The translations under genes and the position numbers were made by a program. The notes beneath the pieces were generated by a model, which searched no databases, was not told the origin of the DNA, and was given only the letters and a program-made list of their open reading frames with translations. DNA of 64,000 nucleotides from NCBI GenBank assembly GCA_029560465.1, contig JAKQKX010000045.1:24260-88259 (forward strand), written 5' to 3'. Every line of letters begins with the position of its first letter. Position 1 is the stretch's first letter. Source of the DNA: Candidatus Omnitrophota bacterium (GTDB lineage: Bacteria > Omnitrophota > Gorgyraeia > Zapsychrales > JANLHA01). Positions 30,959-40,440 of this stretch are shown here, piece by piece.

Positions 30959-32056
30959 CTAATAATTCACTTGGGCCTGGATGAACATGTCGGGACCGAT
31001 CATCCGGGAATGCAACCAAGAAAGCCGGGTGCATTGCTCAATCTTTTTCCGCTTAAACCCGACAACCGAACTCAAAGCGTCGGCGTCCCCCAGGATCGCG
31101 GGCGCGATATACATATGCATCCGGTCCACCAGCTTGTCCTGTAAAGCGGCCCCGATCAGCCGCGCTCCGCCTTCAATCAAGATACTGGCGATTCCCTTAG
31201 AAGGCAAACAACGGAACAACCAGGCCAGATCAACCCGGCCATGCCGGGCCGGGCAAACGATAACCCCGTGCCCCCGGCGCTGATACCATTGAATCCGGGC
31301 CGGATCGGCGGACGCGGCGGTGGCGATCCAGCAATCTTTCGGATCGCAGTCCTGAAAAAAACGGGCCTGAAGCGGCGTGCGCAGCCGGCTGTCCACAACG
31401 ATCTTTTTTAACGGTTTCCGGGGGTCGGACGGATTTAAGGCCGGGTTATCTTTCAGCACCGTATCCACCCCGACCATAATCGCATCAAAATCGTTTCTTA
31501 ACGTCCTGGAAAACCGGCGGGCCTCCAGGGAGGTGATCCATTGCGAGTTCCCCGTTGAAGTCGCGATTTTACCATCCAGCGTCTGCGCCGCCTTAGCCAC
31601 GGTCCACGGCATGCCCGTCCGGATATATTTCTCAAACGCCACATTCATTTCCGTCAGGCAGCCGGCAAGAACGCCCACGCGCACCGTGATCCCGGCCCGG
31701 CGCAGTTTCCGGACTGATTTGCCGTGCGTCGCTGGGTTAGGGTCCTTGACCCCGACCACAACCGTTGTAACCCCGGAAGCGATCACCGCGTCCACGCACG
31801 GCGGGGTGCGCCCCTGGGTGAAACACGGTTCCAGCGTGACATAAAGTGTCGCGTTCCGAACGGCCCGGGGTCCCACCTGGCGCAGCGCCCAAATTTCCGC
31901 GTGCGGGCCCCCGCAACGCCGATGCCAGCCCTGCCCGACCACACGGCCCTGCTTCACGATCACGGCGCCCACCATGGGATTCGGGGAGGTCTTCCCCCTG
32001 CCTTTCAAGGCCAGCTCATAGGCCAGGCGCATATAAAATTCATCCTGCATCGCCAT
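30959..32056 (-). CDS. ribD: Bifunctional pyrimidine deaminase/reductase
   Basis: TSPNPMVG, HAE, TLEPC..PPC, TLDGKIA and IEGG motifs. Confidence 0.97.
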   Translation of the reverse strand: MAMQDEFYMRLAYELALKGRGKTSPNPMVGAVIVKQGRVVGQGWHRRCGGPHAEIWALRQVGPRAVRNATLYVTLEPCFTQGRTPPCVDAVIASGVTTVVVGVKDPNPATHGKSVRKLRRAGITVRVGVLAGCLTEMNVAFEKYIRTGMPWTVAKAAQTLDGKIATSTGNSQWITSLEARRFSRTLRNDFDAIMVGVDTVLKDNPALNPSDPRKPLKKIVVDSRLRTPLQARFFQDCDPKDCWIATAASADPARIQWYQRRGHGVIVCPARHGRVDLAWLFRCLPSKGIASILIEGGARLIGAALQDKLVDRMHMYIAPAILGDADALSSVVGFKRKKIEQCTRLSWLHSRMIGPDMFIQAQVNY

Positions 32057-32062
32057 GTCTTC

Positions 32063-32890
32063 TTAGCGGGTCTTTAACCGTTCCTTCATCTGTTCGACTA
32101 ATGAATAGGGGATTTTCAGTTTACCAATATACGTATGGTTCTTATGCCGGCCGTGCGCGTCCGAACCGCCAGTCTTAAGCAAGCCGTGTTTATCCGCTTT
32201 CCGCTCATAATACTGCGTAATCGTTTCATACGTGTGCGGATAATAGACCTCCAACCCGTCCAACCCTTCCCTGACAAAACGGGGGATCAAATGATCGACA
32301 TTCGTCACCATCGGGTGAGCGAGCACCGCCAAGCCCCCGGCCTGATGAATAAGGTCTATCGCGTCCTGCACTTTCAACCGGCTTTTTTTCACATACGCCG
32401 GAGCGCCTTCCCCGAGATACTTCGCAAACGCCTCCCGATGGTCGGCGGCCCATCCTTTACGGATCAGCAGTTGAGCGAGGTGCAAACGGCCGACGACGTC
32501 CGCTTTGGTCTGCGCGTCGACTTCCTCAAACGTGATATCATGGATTCCTAACGAAGCCAGTCTTTTCAGCATAAGGTGAATGCGTTCAATCCGGATGTCC
32601 TGAAAATGCCGCAAAGCCGAAAGCAAGGCGCTGTTCTGACAGTCAATAAAATAACCCAGGATGTGAATATCCCGGTTTTCTTCCTCGCTGGACAACTCCA
32701 CCCCGGAAATGATTTCGACATTGGTCTGAAGGGCGAGATCCCTGACCGGCTGAATTCCTTCCACCGTATCATGATCCGTGACCGCGATGCCGTCCAGGCC
32801 CGCGGCCACCGCGTGTTGCAACACTTCTTCCGGAGTATAGGTGCTGTCGGAATAATACGTGTGAATATGAAGATCTGCGGACCGGGTCAC
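32063..32890 (-). CDS. PHP-domain metal-dependent phosphoesterase (TrpH/YciV-like)
   Basis: DLHIHT..SD, TDHDT, HILGY, AHP and GGSDAHG motifs. Confidence 0.92.
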   Translation of the reverse strand: MTRSADLHIHTYYSDSTYTPEEVLQHAVAAGLDGIAVTDHDTVEGIQPVRDLALQTNVEIISGVELSSEEENRDIHILGYFIDCQNSALLSALRHFQDIRIERIHLMLKRLASLGIHDITFEEVDAQTKADVVGRLHLAQLLIRKGWAADHREAFAKYLGEGAPAYVKKSRLKVQDAIDLIHQAGGLAVLAHPMVTNVDHLIPRFVREGLDGLEVYYPHTYETITQYYERKADKHGLLKTGGSDAHGRHKNHTYIGKLKIPYSLVEQMKERLKTR

Positions 32891-33345
32891 TTCTGCTCTT
32901 TAAGAAGAACCACTTCGGTTTTATGAATTTTATCCAGGATGCCGTTAACAAATTTGCTGGATTCCAGATCCCCGAATTTTTTGGCTAATTCCACGGCTTC
33001 ATTGATCGTGACTTTGGGAGGGATATCCGGGGCATAAAAAAACTCAAACACGCCAAGCCTTAACACATTGCGGTCAATGGTGGCCATCCGCTTCAGCTGC
33101 CAATTGGTCGCGTAATGGGCGATTTTTTTATCAATCTCTTCCATCTCCCGGTTGACGCCGTAAACCAGCCGGTTAGCGAATTCCCTGACATCCGCGTGCG
33201 TGTCTTCAGTCTCTTCCCAGAACTGCCGGACTTTCTGGTCGATCTCCTGGGCGGTCACGTCTTTCTGGTAAAGGATAATCAACGCGTATTCCCTGGCCAA
33301 AGATCTTTTACGCATACTGCTTTTATTGATCGATTCGTCATCCAT
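32887..33345 (-). CDS. nusB: Transcription antitermination factor NusB
   Basis: RSLAREYA, DRNVLRL, INEAVELAK and FVNGILD motifs; follows ribH. Confidence 0.97.
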   Translation of the reverse strand: MDDESINKSSMRKRSLAREYALIILYQKDVTAQEIDQKVRQFWEETEDTHADVREFANRLVYGVNREMEEIDKKIAHYATNWQLKRMATIDRNVLRLGVFEFFYAPDIPPKVTINEAVELAKKFGDLESSKFVNGILDKIHKTEVVLLKEQK

Positions 33346-33785
33346 TAAATAGTCACCAAGGTTTGAACCATGTCCACGGCCACATCCGCCGCATCGCGGC
33401 CTTTGTGGTCTCCTTTGACATCGGAACGTTTATAAGCCTGATCCAGCGTTTCCGTCGTTAAAATTCCGAAAACGACTGGCTTGCCGGTTAAAAGAGAAAC
33501 ATCCAGGATCCCTTTCGCCGCATTTTCGGCCACAAGCTCAAAATGATACGTTTCCCCCCGGATCACCGCACCGAGGCAGATCACAGCCGCGGTCGATTGT
33601 TTGCGGGCCGCTTTCAGGGCGGCGACAGGGATTTCAAAAGCACCGGGAACCCACACGACACGCACGGCCTTCCCACAAACCCCGCGTTTCTGCAGTTGTT
33701 CCATACATCCGTCCAGCAAACGCTGGGTAATCATCTCATTAAAATGTGAAACAATGATAATATAATTTTTCTTCGCCGCCGCCAT
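33345..33785 (-). CDS. ribH: 6,7-dimethyl-8-ribityllumazine synthase
   Basis: VPGAFEIP, GAVIRGETYHF and FGILT motifs. Confidence 0.97.
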   Translation of the reverse strand: MAAAKKNYIIIVSHFNEMITQRLLDGCMEQLQKRGVCGKAVRVVWVPGAFEIPVAALKAARKQSTAAVICLGAVIRGETYHFELVAENAAKGILDVSLLTGKPVVFGILTTETLDQAYKRSDVKGDHKGRDAADVAVDMVQTLVTI

Positions 33786-33830
33786 AATTTATTAAAACAC
33801 CCTAAGAAACACCACCGTCGCCGTGGCCTT

Positions 33831-35057
33831 TCATAAAAGGTGTCCCAGCTTTTCCTTTTTTGTTTTAAGATAATTCATATTGTCAGGCGTGTAAGGAACC
33901 TTCAGCGGAACCCGTTCCACCACTTTCAATCCATACCCTTCAAACCCGACAATCTTGCGGGGATTATTCGTTAAAAGGCGGATTTCCTTGACCCCAAGAT
34001 CCGCAAGAATCTGGGCGCCGATCCCGTAATCTCTTAAATCCGGAGCAAAACCCAGGGCTTCGTTCGCTTCCACCGTGTCCATCCCTTCATCCTGAAGGCG
34101 GTACGCCTTGATCTTGTTGATCAGCCCGATACCGCGCCCTTCCTGCCGCATATAAAGCAGGATCCCCGAACCATTCTCCTTGATCATCTTCATCGCGCCA
34201 TGCAGCTGCTCATTGCAATCACACCGCTGAGAACCAAACACATCCCCGGTCAGGCATTCAGACTGGACCCGGACCAGTTGCGGTTGCGACACATCAATAT
34301 CCCCCATGATCAGGGCCAGGTGAGCTTCCTTATCCAATTTTGACTCATAGCCGTACAAGCGAAACGTCCCGTAGCGGGTCGGAAGCTTCGCGTCGACGCA
34401 CCGGGAAACAAGCTGTTCGGAACGCCGGCGGTACTCAATCAAACTGGCAATAGAACACATTTTAAGGTTATGCTTTTGGGCGAACGCGCTCAACTCTTTC
34501 GTGCGCGACATGGTACCATCGTCATTCATAATTTCGCAGATAACACCCGCCGGGAACAATCCAGAGATTCTCATCAGGTCGACCGCGGCTTCCGTATGAC
34601 CCGCCCGGACTAAAACACCGCCTCTGCGGGCCCTTAAGGGGAACAGGTGCCCCGGGGTTTCCAGGTCAGAAGGGGTGGATTGGGGGGCAATCAAAACCTT
34701 AATCGTATACGCACGGTCATAAGCCGAGATCCCGGTCGTCACGCCCTTGGCCGCATCAACAGAAATAGTCCAGCCCATATGGCTGAACTGGTGCTGATGA
34801 TGGGAAAGGATATTATCTTTCATCGGATGAAGACCTAAGGCGTCCAGCCGGCTTTCTTCCATAGGAACACAAATGAGCCCTCGGGCATATTTGGCCATGA
34901 AATTAATAACTTCGGGAGAGGCGAATTGCGCGGCGCAGACAAGGTCCCCTTCATTTTCCCGGCCTTCATCATCCATCACGATGACCATGTTCCCCGCGCG
35001 AAGCTCTTCAATGATTTCCTCAATCGAATTAAACATGCCTTTTTCCTCTTTCGCCAT
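33831..35057 (-). CDS. ribBA: Bifunctional DHBP synthase / GTP cyclohydrolase II
   Basis: [16 protein letters not shown] and RAGHTEA; SECLTGD..RCDC, QEGRGIG and LLTNNP. Start is the ATG at 35057 or 35036, downstream of the leader terminator. Confidence 0.96.
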   Translation of the reverse strand: MAKEEKGMFNSIEEIIEELRAGNMVIVMDDEGRENEGDLVCAAQFASPEVINFMAKYARGLICVPMEESRLDALGLHPMKDNILSHHQHQFSHMGWTISVDAAKGVTTGISAYDRAYTIKVLIAPQSTPSDLETPGHLFPLRARRGGVLVRAGHTEAAVDLMRISGLFPAGVICEIMNDDGTMSRTKELSAFAQKHNLKMCSIASLIEYRRRSEQLVSRCVDAKLPTRYGTFRLYGYESKLDKEAHLALIMGDIDVSQPQLVRVQSECLTGDVFGSQRCDCNEQLHGAMKMIKENGSGILLYMRQEGRGIGLINKIKAYRLQDEGMDTVEANEALGFAPDLRDYGIGAQILADLGVKEIRLLTNNPRKIVGFEGYGLKVVERVPLKVPYTPDNMNYLKTKKEKLGHLL

Positions 35058-35090
35058 AGTCTTATCTGAAATCCTTAAACCCCAAGATAT

Positions 35091-35114
35091 AAAAAACCCG
35101 AGCTTGGGCTCGGG
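35091..35114 (-). terminator. Leader terminator (riboswitch expression platform)
   Basis: CCCGAGC-ccaa-GCTCGGG-TTTTTT between the aptamer and ribBA. Confidence 0.85.
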
Positions 35115-35183
35115 ACAATGACTTCGTGATAACTCAACGCTGGTACCGGAGAAACAACTCAAACGTTGAAAAACCTTATCATC

Positions 35184-35395
35184 AAAGCTCTCTCTCTTCT
35201 AGGCTCTCACATTCGTTTTTTCTCCGAACGTGTCCATGCCAGGCACGGAACTATTGGCTCAAGAATTGCTTTAAAAAGCTCACTTGCTCTGCCCCCATCT
35301 GGGGGGCTCGCAGGCTTACCGGTCTTTCCCCGGATCACTGCCAGCTTGGATTTTCACCCCGCCGTACTTTCATCGTACGGTTATCCCGAAAGCTT
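35184..35395 (-). ncRNA. FMN riboswitch (RFN element) with multiple inserted hairpins
   Basis: RFN blocks occur in order: UUCGGG..GGGGUGAAAAUCC..CUGGCAGU..AAGCCUGCGAG..GCAGAGCAAGUG..AAUUCUUGAGCCAAUAGU..AGCCUAGAAGAGAGAG. P1 is AAGCUUUC/GAGAGCUU. Sits between a promoter and a terminator ahead of ribBA. Confidence 0.85.
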
Positions 35396-35401
35396 CTGTG
35401 T

Positions 35402-35430
35402 AATATATTCTAAAACAGCCAGGCTGTCAA
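35402..35430 (-). promoter_or_regulatory. Sigma70 promoter of the rib operon
   Basis: TTGACA-17 bp-TATATT immediately 5' of the aptamer. Confidence 0.8.
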
Positions 35431-35455
35431 GCATTTACTGACAAAGAGCCCGACG

Positions 35456-36826
35456 TTAACGCCCCGCGCGCCTTCTCCCTCTCTGCTGCACCGCCCGGGA
35501 TACAGCCATAATTTCCGGGCTGTATTCAACCGGATAGACGCTGGGCCGCTCTAACCGCAGGAAACAGGACGGGATCGGGCGAAGGCTGTCCTCGGCACGG
35601 GTGCGGGCATCGGCAAGAGACGGCAAGGCCTTAAGCGGCCGGCCACGGCGGATCACCGGCGCAAGCAGGGGCCGGGCGTGGACAGGGGCGCTTTCCCCGG
35701 CTAACGTTATCATGTCTTTTTTAAGCTGCTGCTTGGCATCAAACATGCGATAAACCTGTTTCCTACCCGGGATCGTGTGCTTGCCGCAGCTAAGTTTGGC
35801 GGTATACGAAACAGTCCCCTGTTTTGTTTCCAACTGCACCAGCTTGTACGTTAAATCCAATGACGGAGCGTCCCCCGACACCACCATTTCTGTCCCAACC
35901 CCGAAAATATCGATCGGAGCCTTGTTTTTAACAAGTGTTTGAATTTTATACTCATCCAGGTTCCCGCTGGCGATAATTTTCACGTCCGAACGGCCGGCCC
36001 GGTCCAGGATGCGTCTGACCCGGACACTCAGCGCCAGCAAGTCCCCGCTATCAAGCCGGACCCCGCTGAACGCCTTTTTAAAAGCCGCGGCCCGGCGGAC
36101 CGCCTGAAGGGTGTTATACGTGTCCACAAGCAGAACGGTGTGACGGGGAAAAATATTCTGATAATTTCTAAACGCGGTTTCTTCATTATCAAAAGCCTGG
36201 ACCCAGGAATGGGCCATGGTCCCGAGAACCGGGATATTATACCGATGTCCTGCCAGGACATTGGACGTCCCAAGGCACCCCCCGACATAAGCCCCTCGGG
36301 CCGCCAACACCCCGGCCTCAGGGCCGTGCGCCCGGCGTGATCCAAAATCAATGACCGGACGGGCCGTCCCGTCATACTGTGCGGCACGGACGATGCGGGC
36401 CGCCTTGCTGGCCACCAAGGTCTGAATATTAATCATCGATAACAAGTAGGTTTCCAAAATCTGTGCTTCGATGATAGGGGCTTCAATCTGCAGGATCGGC
36501 TCATTGGCAAAACAGACTTCCCCTTCCGGCATCGCCCAAACATCCCCCGAAAACTTAAACGCCCTGAGATATTCAAAGAAACCCTTGGAAACGTTCTGAA
36601 AGACCGGCAGGGACTTCAGGTACTTGACCTCGGCCGTCGAAAATTTCAGCCGGGTGATATATTGAATGATATCCCGCAGACCGCAAACCAGCAAATAAGA
36701 GCGTTGATGGGGAAGCGTGTGGCAATAAAGTTCAAACGTGGCTTTGGGGTTGAACCGGTTCTCGAAATACCCGGCGGCCATTGTGAACTCATAGAAATCG
36801 GTCATCAACGCGAAACCGGCGTTCAT
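35456..36826 (-). CDS. pncB: Nicotinate phosphoribosyltransferase
   Basis: TDFYEFTM, DFGSRR, GTMAHSW, VRLDSGD and FGVGT motifs. Confidence 0.96.
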   Translation of the reverse strand: MNAGFALMTDFYEFTMAAGYFENRFNPKATFELYCHTLPHQRSYLLVCGLRDIIQYITRLKFSTAEVKYLKSLPVFQNVSKGFFEYLRAFKFSGDVWAMPEGEVCFANEPILQIEAPIIEAQILETYLLSMINIQTLVASKAARIVRAAQYDGTARPVIDFGSRRAHGPEAGVLAARGAYVGGCLGTSNVLAGHRYNIPVLGTMAHSWVQAFDNEETAFRNYQNIFPRHTVLLVDTYNTLQAVRRAAAFKKAFSGVRLDSGDLLALSVRVRRILDRAGRSDVKIIASGNLDEYKIQTLVKNKAPIDIFGVGTEMVVSGDAPSLDLTYKLVQLETKQGTVSYTAKLSCGKHTIPGRKQVYRMFDAKQQLKKDMITLAGESAPVHARPLLAPVIRRGRPLKALPSLADARTRAEDSLRPIPSCFLRLERPSVYPVEYSPEIMAVSRAVQQRGRRRAGR

Positions 36827-36827
36827 A

Positions 36828-37409
36828 TCATCTCCCTGGGACCCCGTTATCCAGGATCTTCACTCCGGCGTTCTCCATCTGTAAAATGGCCCGCGCCGAA
36901 TCCTCCGGATTGACGTTAACCCCCCGGATAGCGTCCTTCAGGAGAAAAACCTGAAATCCCAAACGCGCGGCGTCAAGACACGTGGCCCTGACGCAATAAT
37001 CCGTGGCAAGGCCCCCGACATAAATCTCTTCCACCCGGCCGTCTTTCAAAATCTTTTCCAAGCGCCGACCCCGCGTGTCCGCGCCTTGAAAAGCCGAATA
37101 ACCGTCCTCGTCTCCGTCCCCCTTCGAAAGGATAACGGCCTCCTGGGGCAGGATAAGATCCGGATGAAATCGGGCGCCCCGCGTTTCCCGCACACAATGC
37201 ACCGGCCATATCCCGCCCTGTGTTTTGAAATGTTTTGTTTCTAAAGGATGCCAGTCTCTGGACAGGACGATCAGGCCTCCCGCCCGCTGAAACATCTCCA
37301 GGTACCGGTTGCATAGGGGGATAATTTTATCCCCGTCCGGGACGGGCAACGCCCCTCCGAGACAAAAATCGTTTTGGACGTCAACAAGAACGAGCGCTTT
37401 TCGCGGCAT
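36828..37409 (-). CDS. pncA: Nicotinamidase/pyrazinamidase
   Basis: VDVQNDF, DWHP, WPVHC and GLATDYCV motifs. Confidence 0.95.
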   Translation of the reverse strand: MPRKALVLVDVQNDFCLGGALPVPDGDKIIPLCNRYLEMFQRAGGLIVLSRDWHPLETKHFKTQGGIWPVHCVRETRGARFHPDLILPQEAVILSKGDGDEDGYSAFQGADTRGRRLEKILKDGRVEEIYVGGLATDYCVRATCLDAARLGFQVFLLKDAIRGVNVNPEDSARAILQMENAGVKILDNGVPGR

Positions 37410-37529
37410 AGGGCCCCCTCCTTCCATTAAACGCTTCCTCAAGGACCACCGAATTGTTATCTATAAATATTTGGAAATTTCTACCGGGATAAAAAACCAG
37501 GGGGCTCAAAGAAAGGCCTTGGCTAAGGT

Positions 37530-37991
37530 TTAATGACTCTCTCTAATTTTCTTGATTAAACCGTCCAGTTCCCGCATCGCTTCTGTGATCAGTTCATCGG
37601 CTGCGGCGTCCATTAAAGACGGGGCTGCCAGCCCTGAAGGGCCGTCAGGAGAAGGAGGAGCGCCGGGGGACACAGCCGGTGGCTGGCCCGTAGGGGGCTC
37701 CTTTTCAGAATTGTATTCTTTCTCGAGCTCCTGTAAAATTTTCCGGGGATTACTTCCGAAATCCGTGTCCTGCCCTGGGGGCGAAGCCGTGGAGGGCAAA
37801 TTCTCGCCGGCCCCTCCGGCTTGAGGCGCCGGCAAAGGTCCTGGCTCCGGAACTTCTTGGCCCGAAGGGCTTTGATCACGAGGACTTTCTTCCGGTTTAG
37901 TTTCCGCCCCAGACTCCGAAGGCGTCTCCGGCGTCGAGGTGGCAACCTCATCCTTGGAATGATTCTGATTGTCCTGCTCTGAAGGAGTCAT
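37530..37991 (-). CDS. Hypothetical Pro/Ser/Glu-rich disordered protein with a C-terminal helix
   Basis: Fills the gap on the coding strand, has an upstream TATAAT, and is low complexity. Confidence 0.6.
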   Translation of the reverse strand: MTPSEQDNQNHSKDEVATSTPETPSESGAETKPEESPRDQSPSGQEVPEPGPLPAPQAGGAGENLPSTASPPGQDTDFGSNPRKILQELEKEYNSEKEPPTGQPPAVSPGAPPSPDGPSGLAAPSLMDAAADELITEAMRELDGLIKKIRESH

Positions 37992-38080
37992 AATCGGTCA
38001 TTTCTTTATTTTTTATTCTTAGTGTCATTATATACGGAATCCCCGCAGCGGGAAGAGAAAAAGAAAAAATATGCGAAAAG

Positions 38081-38899
38081 TTATTCCTTCTGTCCGCGTG
38101 GCTCTTCGGAATATGAACCATGCCGCTTGACCGTTTCCTCTCTATTGAGCGGGGAAACCGGCTTCTGCTGAAGCTCATAAACGGTTTTGACCGCCGGTGC
38201 GCAGCGGCTAAATATCGGTTTAATCGCGGCCAATTCTTCCGGAGAAAGCGGTTGACAGGGACTGGGCCGCAAAGGCGTGTTCAACTCAATTTCATCCAAC
38301 CCGATATCCCGCACGGCATCGGCGATCCGGGCCGCCTGGGACTTATTGTGGCGGGTAAACATGATCTGCCCAGCCAGCTTACGCAGATATTTCTTCCTAA
38401 ATTCCTTCATCCCGGCCAGGATCGCTTCAAAGGCCACCCCCGGCGCCGGGGCGTTCATCTCCTGGAGCGAGGCTTGATCAAACGCGTCCAGTTTGGCTAA
38501 AATAAAGTCGGCAGAGAGCAAATCTTCCTGGACATCAACACGGCCAATCAAAACGGCGTTGGTGATCACCCCTATGGGTTCTGTCCGGACCTCCCGAACC
38601 GCCCGGATCATGTCTCCTAAATTCTTCGCCAGAGTCGGTTCCCCCCGGCCGGAGAAAGTAATCACGTCCAGCTTTAAAGCGGCCGGGAGGGAAAGGACTT
38701 CTTCAATGACTTTGTCTACCGGGACAAAGACCTCCCGGGTGGAATAAAAATTTAATGTTGGGCCGAGTTGGCAGTACCGGCAGTTAAAATTACAGCATTT
38801 TTCCTGCGTGGATAACGGGTCGATCCCCAGCGACACACCCAGCCGCCAGGAATGGACCGGCCCGTAAATATATTGATATGACTGCGCGGACATGAGCAA
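38081..38899 (-). CDS. Radical SAM protein of unknown function
   Basis: YIYGPVHSWRLGVSLGID N-terminus, CNFNCRYC (CxxxCxxC) and SGRGEPT. Confidence 0.9.
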   Translation of the reverse strand: MLMSAQSYQYIYGPVHSWRLGVSLGIDPLSTQEKCCNFNCRYCQLGPTLNFYSTREVFVPVDKVIEEVLSLPAALKLDVITFSGRGEPTLAKNLGDMIRAVREVRTEPIGVITNAVLIGRVDVQEDLLSADFILAKLDAFDQASLQEMNAPAPGVAFEAILAGMKEFRKKYLRKLAGQIMFTRHNKSQAARIADAVRDIGLDEIELNTPLRPSPCQPLSPEELAAIKPIFSRCAPAVKTVYELQQKPVSPLNREETVKRHGSYSEEPRGQKE

Positions 38900-38948
38900 A
38901 CCCCGTTGCTCCGGATCACCACAGAAGGTTTAGAGCCGGCGCTTCTTT

Positions 38949-40343
38949 CTAAACCTCAAAATAACCGAACATGAAAAAGACAACCAAAAAAGCGACAAAC
39001 AAGCTGACTAGCCCGATGAAGAGGCCGAGTTTCAGCCACTGGAAGAAATTCACTTTAATATTCTGGTCTTTCTCCATCAAGCCCAAGGCGACGATATTCG
39101 CCGTTGACCCGATCATCGTGATGTTCCCGCCGTAACACGCCCCGAACAAAAGCGACCACCACAGCGGTTTGAGATTAATATGCAAAACGGACAGACTTTT
39201 CACAACCGGGATATATGAGGCGACCGTGACGACGTTATCGAGCATGCTGGAAAGAATACCCCCCGTAAAAAGCACCATGCCGGACAAAAGACGGGGGGAA
39301 CTTCCAAAGGTCGCCACGATTTTCTGAGCGAAAAAATCGGCAATCCCTGTCGCCCGGATCACCCCGGCCTGCGCAAACAGGAACATAAAAAACAACAACG
39401 AGTTCCACTCAACCTCCTTCTCAACGTATTCCCGGGCTTTATCATGGCGGTAAAACATGACGACCCCAGCGGCAATGATCGGGATCATGATCAAGAGCGT
39501 GTTTTCCTGCAACCCCAAGAGCAGTTCCAGACGCTTGTGCAAAGCGATCAAGAAAATGGTGACGGCGAAAATCCCTATGCTTATTTTAGTCTTACGGTCC
39601 GCGGGGATGGAAATAAGGTACAGGAAACCCTTGTCTTTCTGATACTCCTTGAGAAGCTTTGAAAGTTTTCCAATGTAACGGCGATAGGCATACCCCAGGA
39701 TTGTCATCGAGACTAAAAGCACAAGCGCCGAAACCGGCAAAGCGTGCGAGAGAAAATCTTCAAAAGACAGGCTGCTGCGGGCGGCAATCAGGACGCCGAC
39801 CGGGTTCCCGAGAACCGTTGAAGCTGACCCGATATTGGTAGCCATAACCGAACACATCACCAACGGCAGCGGGTTGATTTCCAAAAACGTGCAAATATTG
39901 AGGATGACGGTCACCATCACAATGATCGAAGTGACCTCATCCATGACAGCCGAGAAAAGCGCTGAGGCGAGCATCAGAATAATAAACAGCTTTTTCCCGT
40001 CAAGGTTATTGACCCGTAACAGCACTGTAATCAACCAATAAAAAAACCCGGCCTCTTTCATCATCCCCACGATAATCATCATCGCGATCAAAAACAGGAT
40101 AACGTCCAGGGACGCAAACTGGATAAAATCCTCCAGGACGACCGCCTTGATAAGAAGGAAGACCCCGGATCCGACAAAGACAAAGCTTAAACGGAAATCC
40201 CAAAAAAACAAAGTCCCCAAGATCGACATCGAAAAAATCGCCAACACGGTGGCCTGTTGGGCCGTTAACCCGACAAGATACCCTCCATACCCCACAAGGG
40301 ATGAAATCAAACATAAGATAAAAAATTTTACTTTCATTGTCAC
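38949..40343 (-). CDS. ArsB/NhaD/SLC13 (ion transporter superfamily) permease
   Basis: Many TM helices; SAVMDEVT, NIGS..TVLGNP, SSMLDNV and GGNITMIGSTAN motifs. Confidence 0.88.
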   Translation of the reverse strand: MTMKVKFFILCLISSLVGYGGYLVGLTAQQATVLAIFSMSILGTLFFWDFRLSFVFVGSGVFLLIKAVVLEDFIQFASLDVILFLIAMMIIVGMMKEAGFFYWLITVLLRVNNLDGKKLFIILMLASALFSAVMDEVTSIIVMVTVILNICTFLEINPLPLVMCSVMATNIGSASTVLGNPVGVLIAARSSLSFEDFLSHALPVSALVLLVSMTILGYAYRRYIGKLSKLLKEYQKDKGFLYLISIPADRKTKISIGIFAVTIFLIALHKRLELLLGLQENTLLIMIPIIAAGVVMFYRHDKAREYVEKEVEWNSLLFFMFLFAQAGVIRATGIADFFAQKIVATFGSSPRLLSGMVLFTGGILSSMLDNVVTVASYIPVVKSLSVLHINLKPLWWSLLFGACYGGNITMIGSTANIVALGLMEKDQNIKVNFFQWLKLGLFIGLVSLFVAFLVVFFMFGYFEV

Positions 40344-40407
40344 ATCCTCTTTAAAATTTTGAGGTTCATAATATCACTAATGGGAAGAGATAACAAGAAA
40401 GAAATGC

Positions 40408-40440
40408 GGGGACAGAAAATTCCGGGGGACAGAAAAGTCC
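40408..40440. repeat. 16-bp direct repeat (17-bp period) upstream of the permease
   Basis: GGGGACAGAAAATTCC g GGGGACAGAAAAGTCC. Confidence 0.7.

Noticed and set aside
35058-35162. N-terminal extension of RibBA in the ORF track
   Set aside because: It runs through the riboswitch terminator; the real start is the ATG at 35057 or 35036.
27836-35430. FMN riboswitch control extending into the KS-fabG-fabZ genes
   Set aside because: A near-consensus promoter sits directly before the KS-like gene, so independent transcription is more likely.
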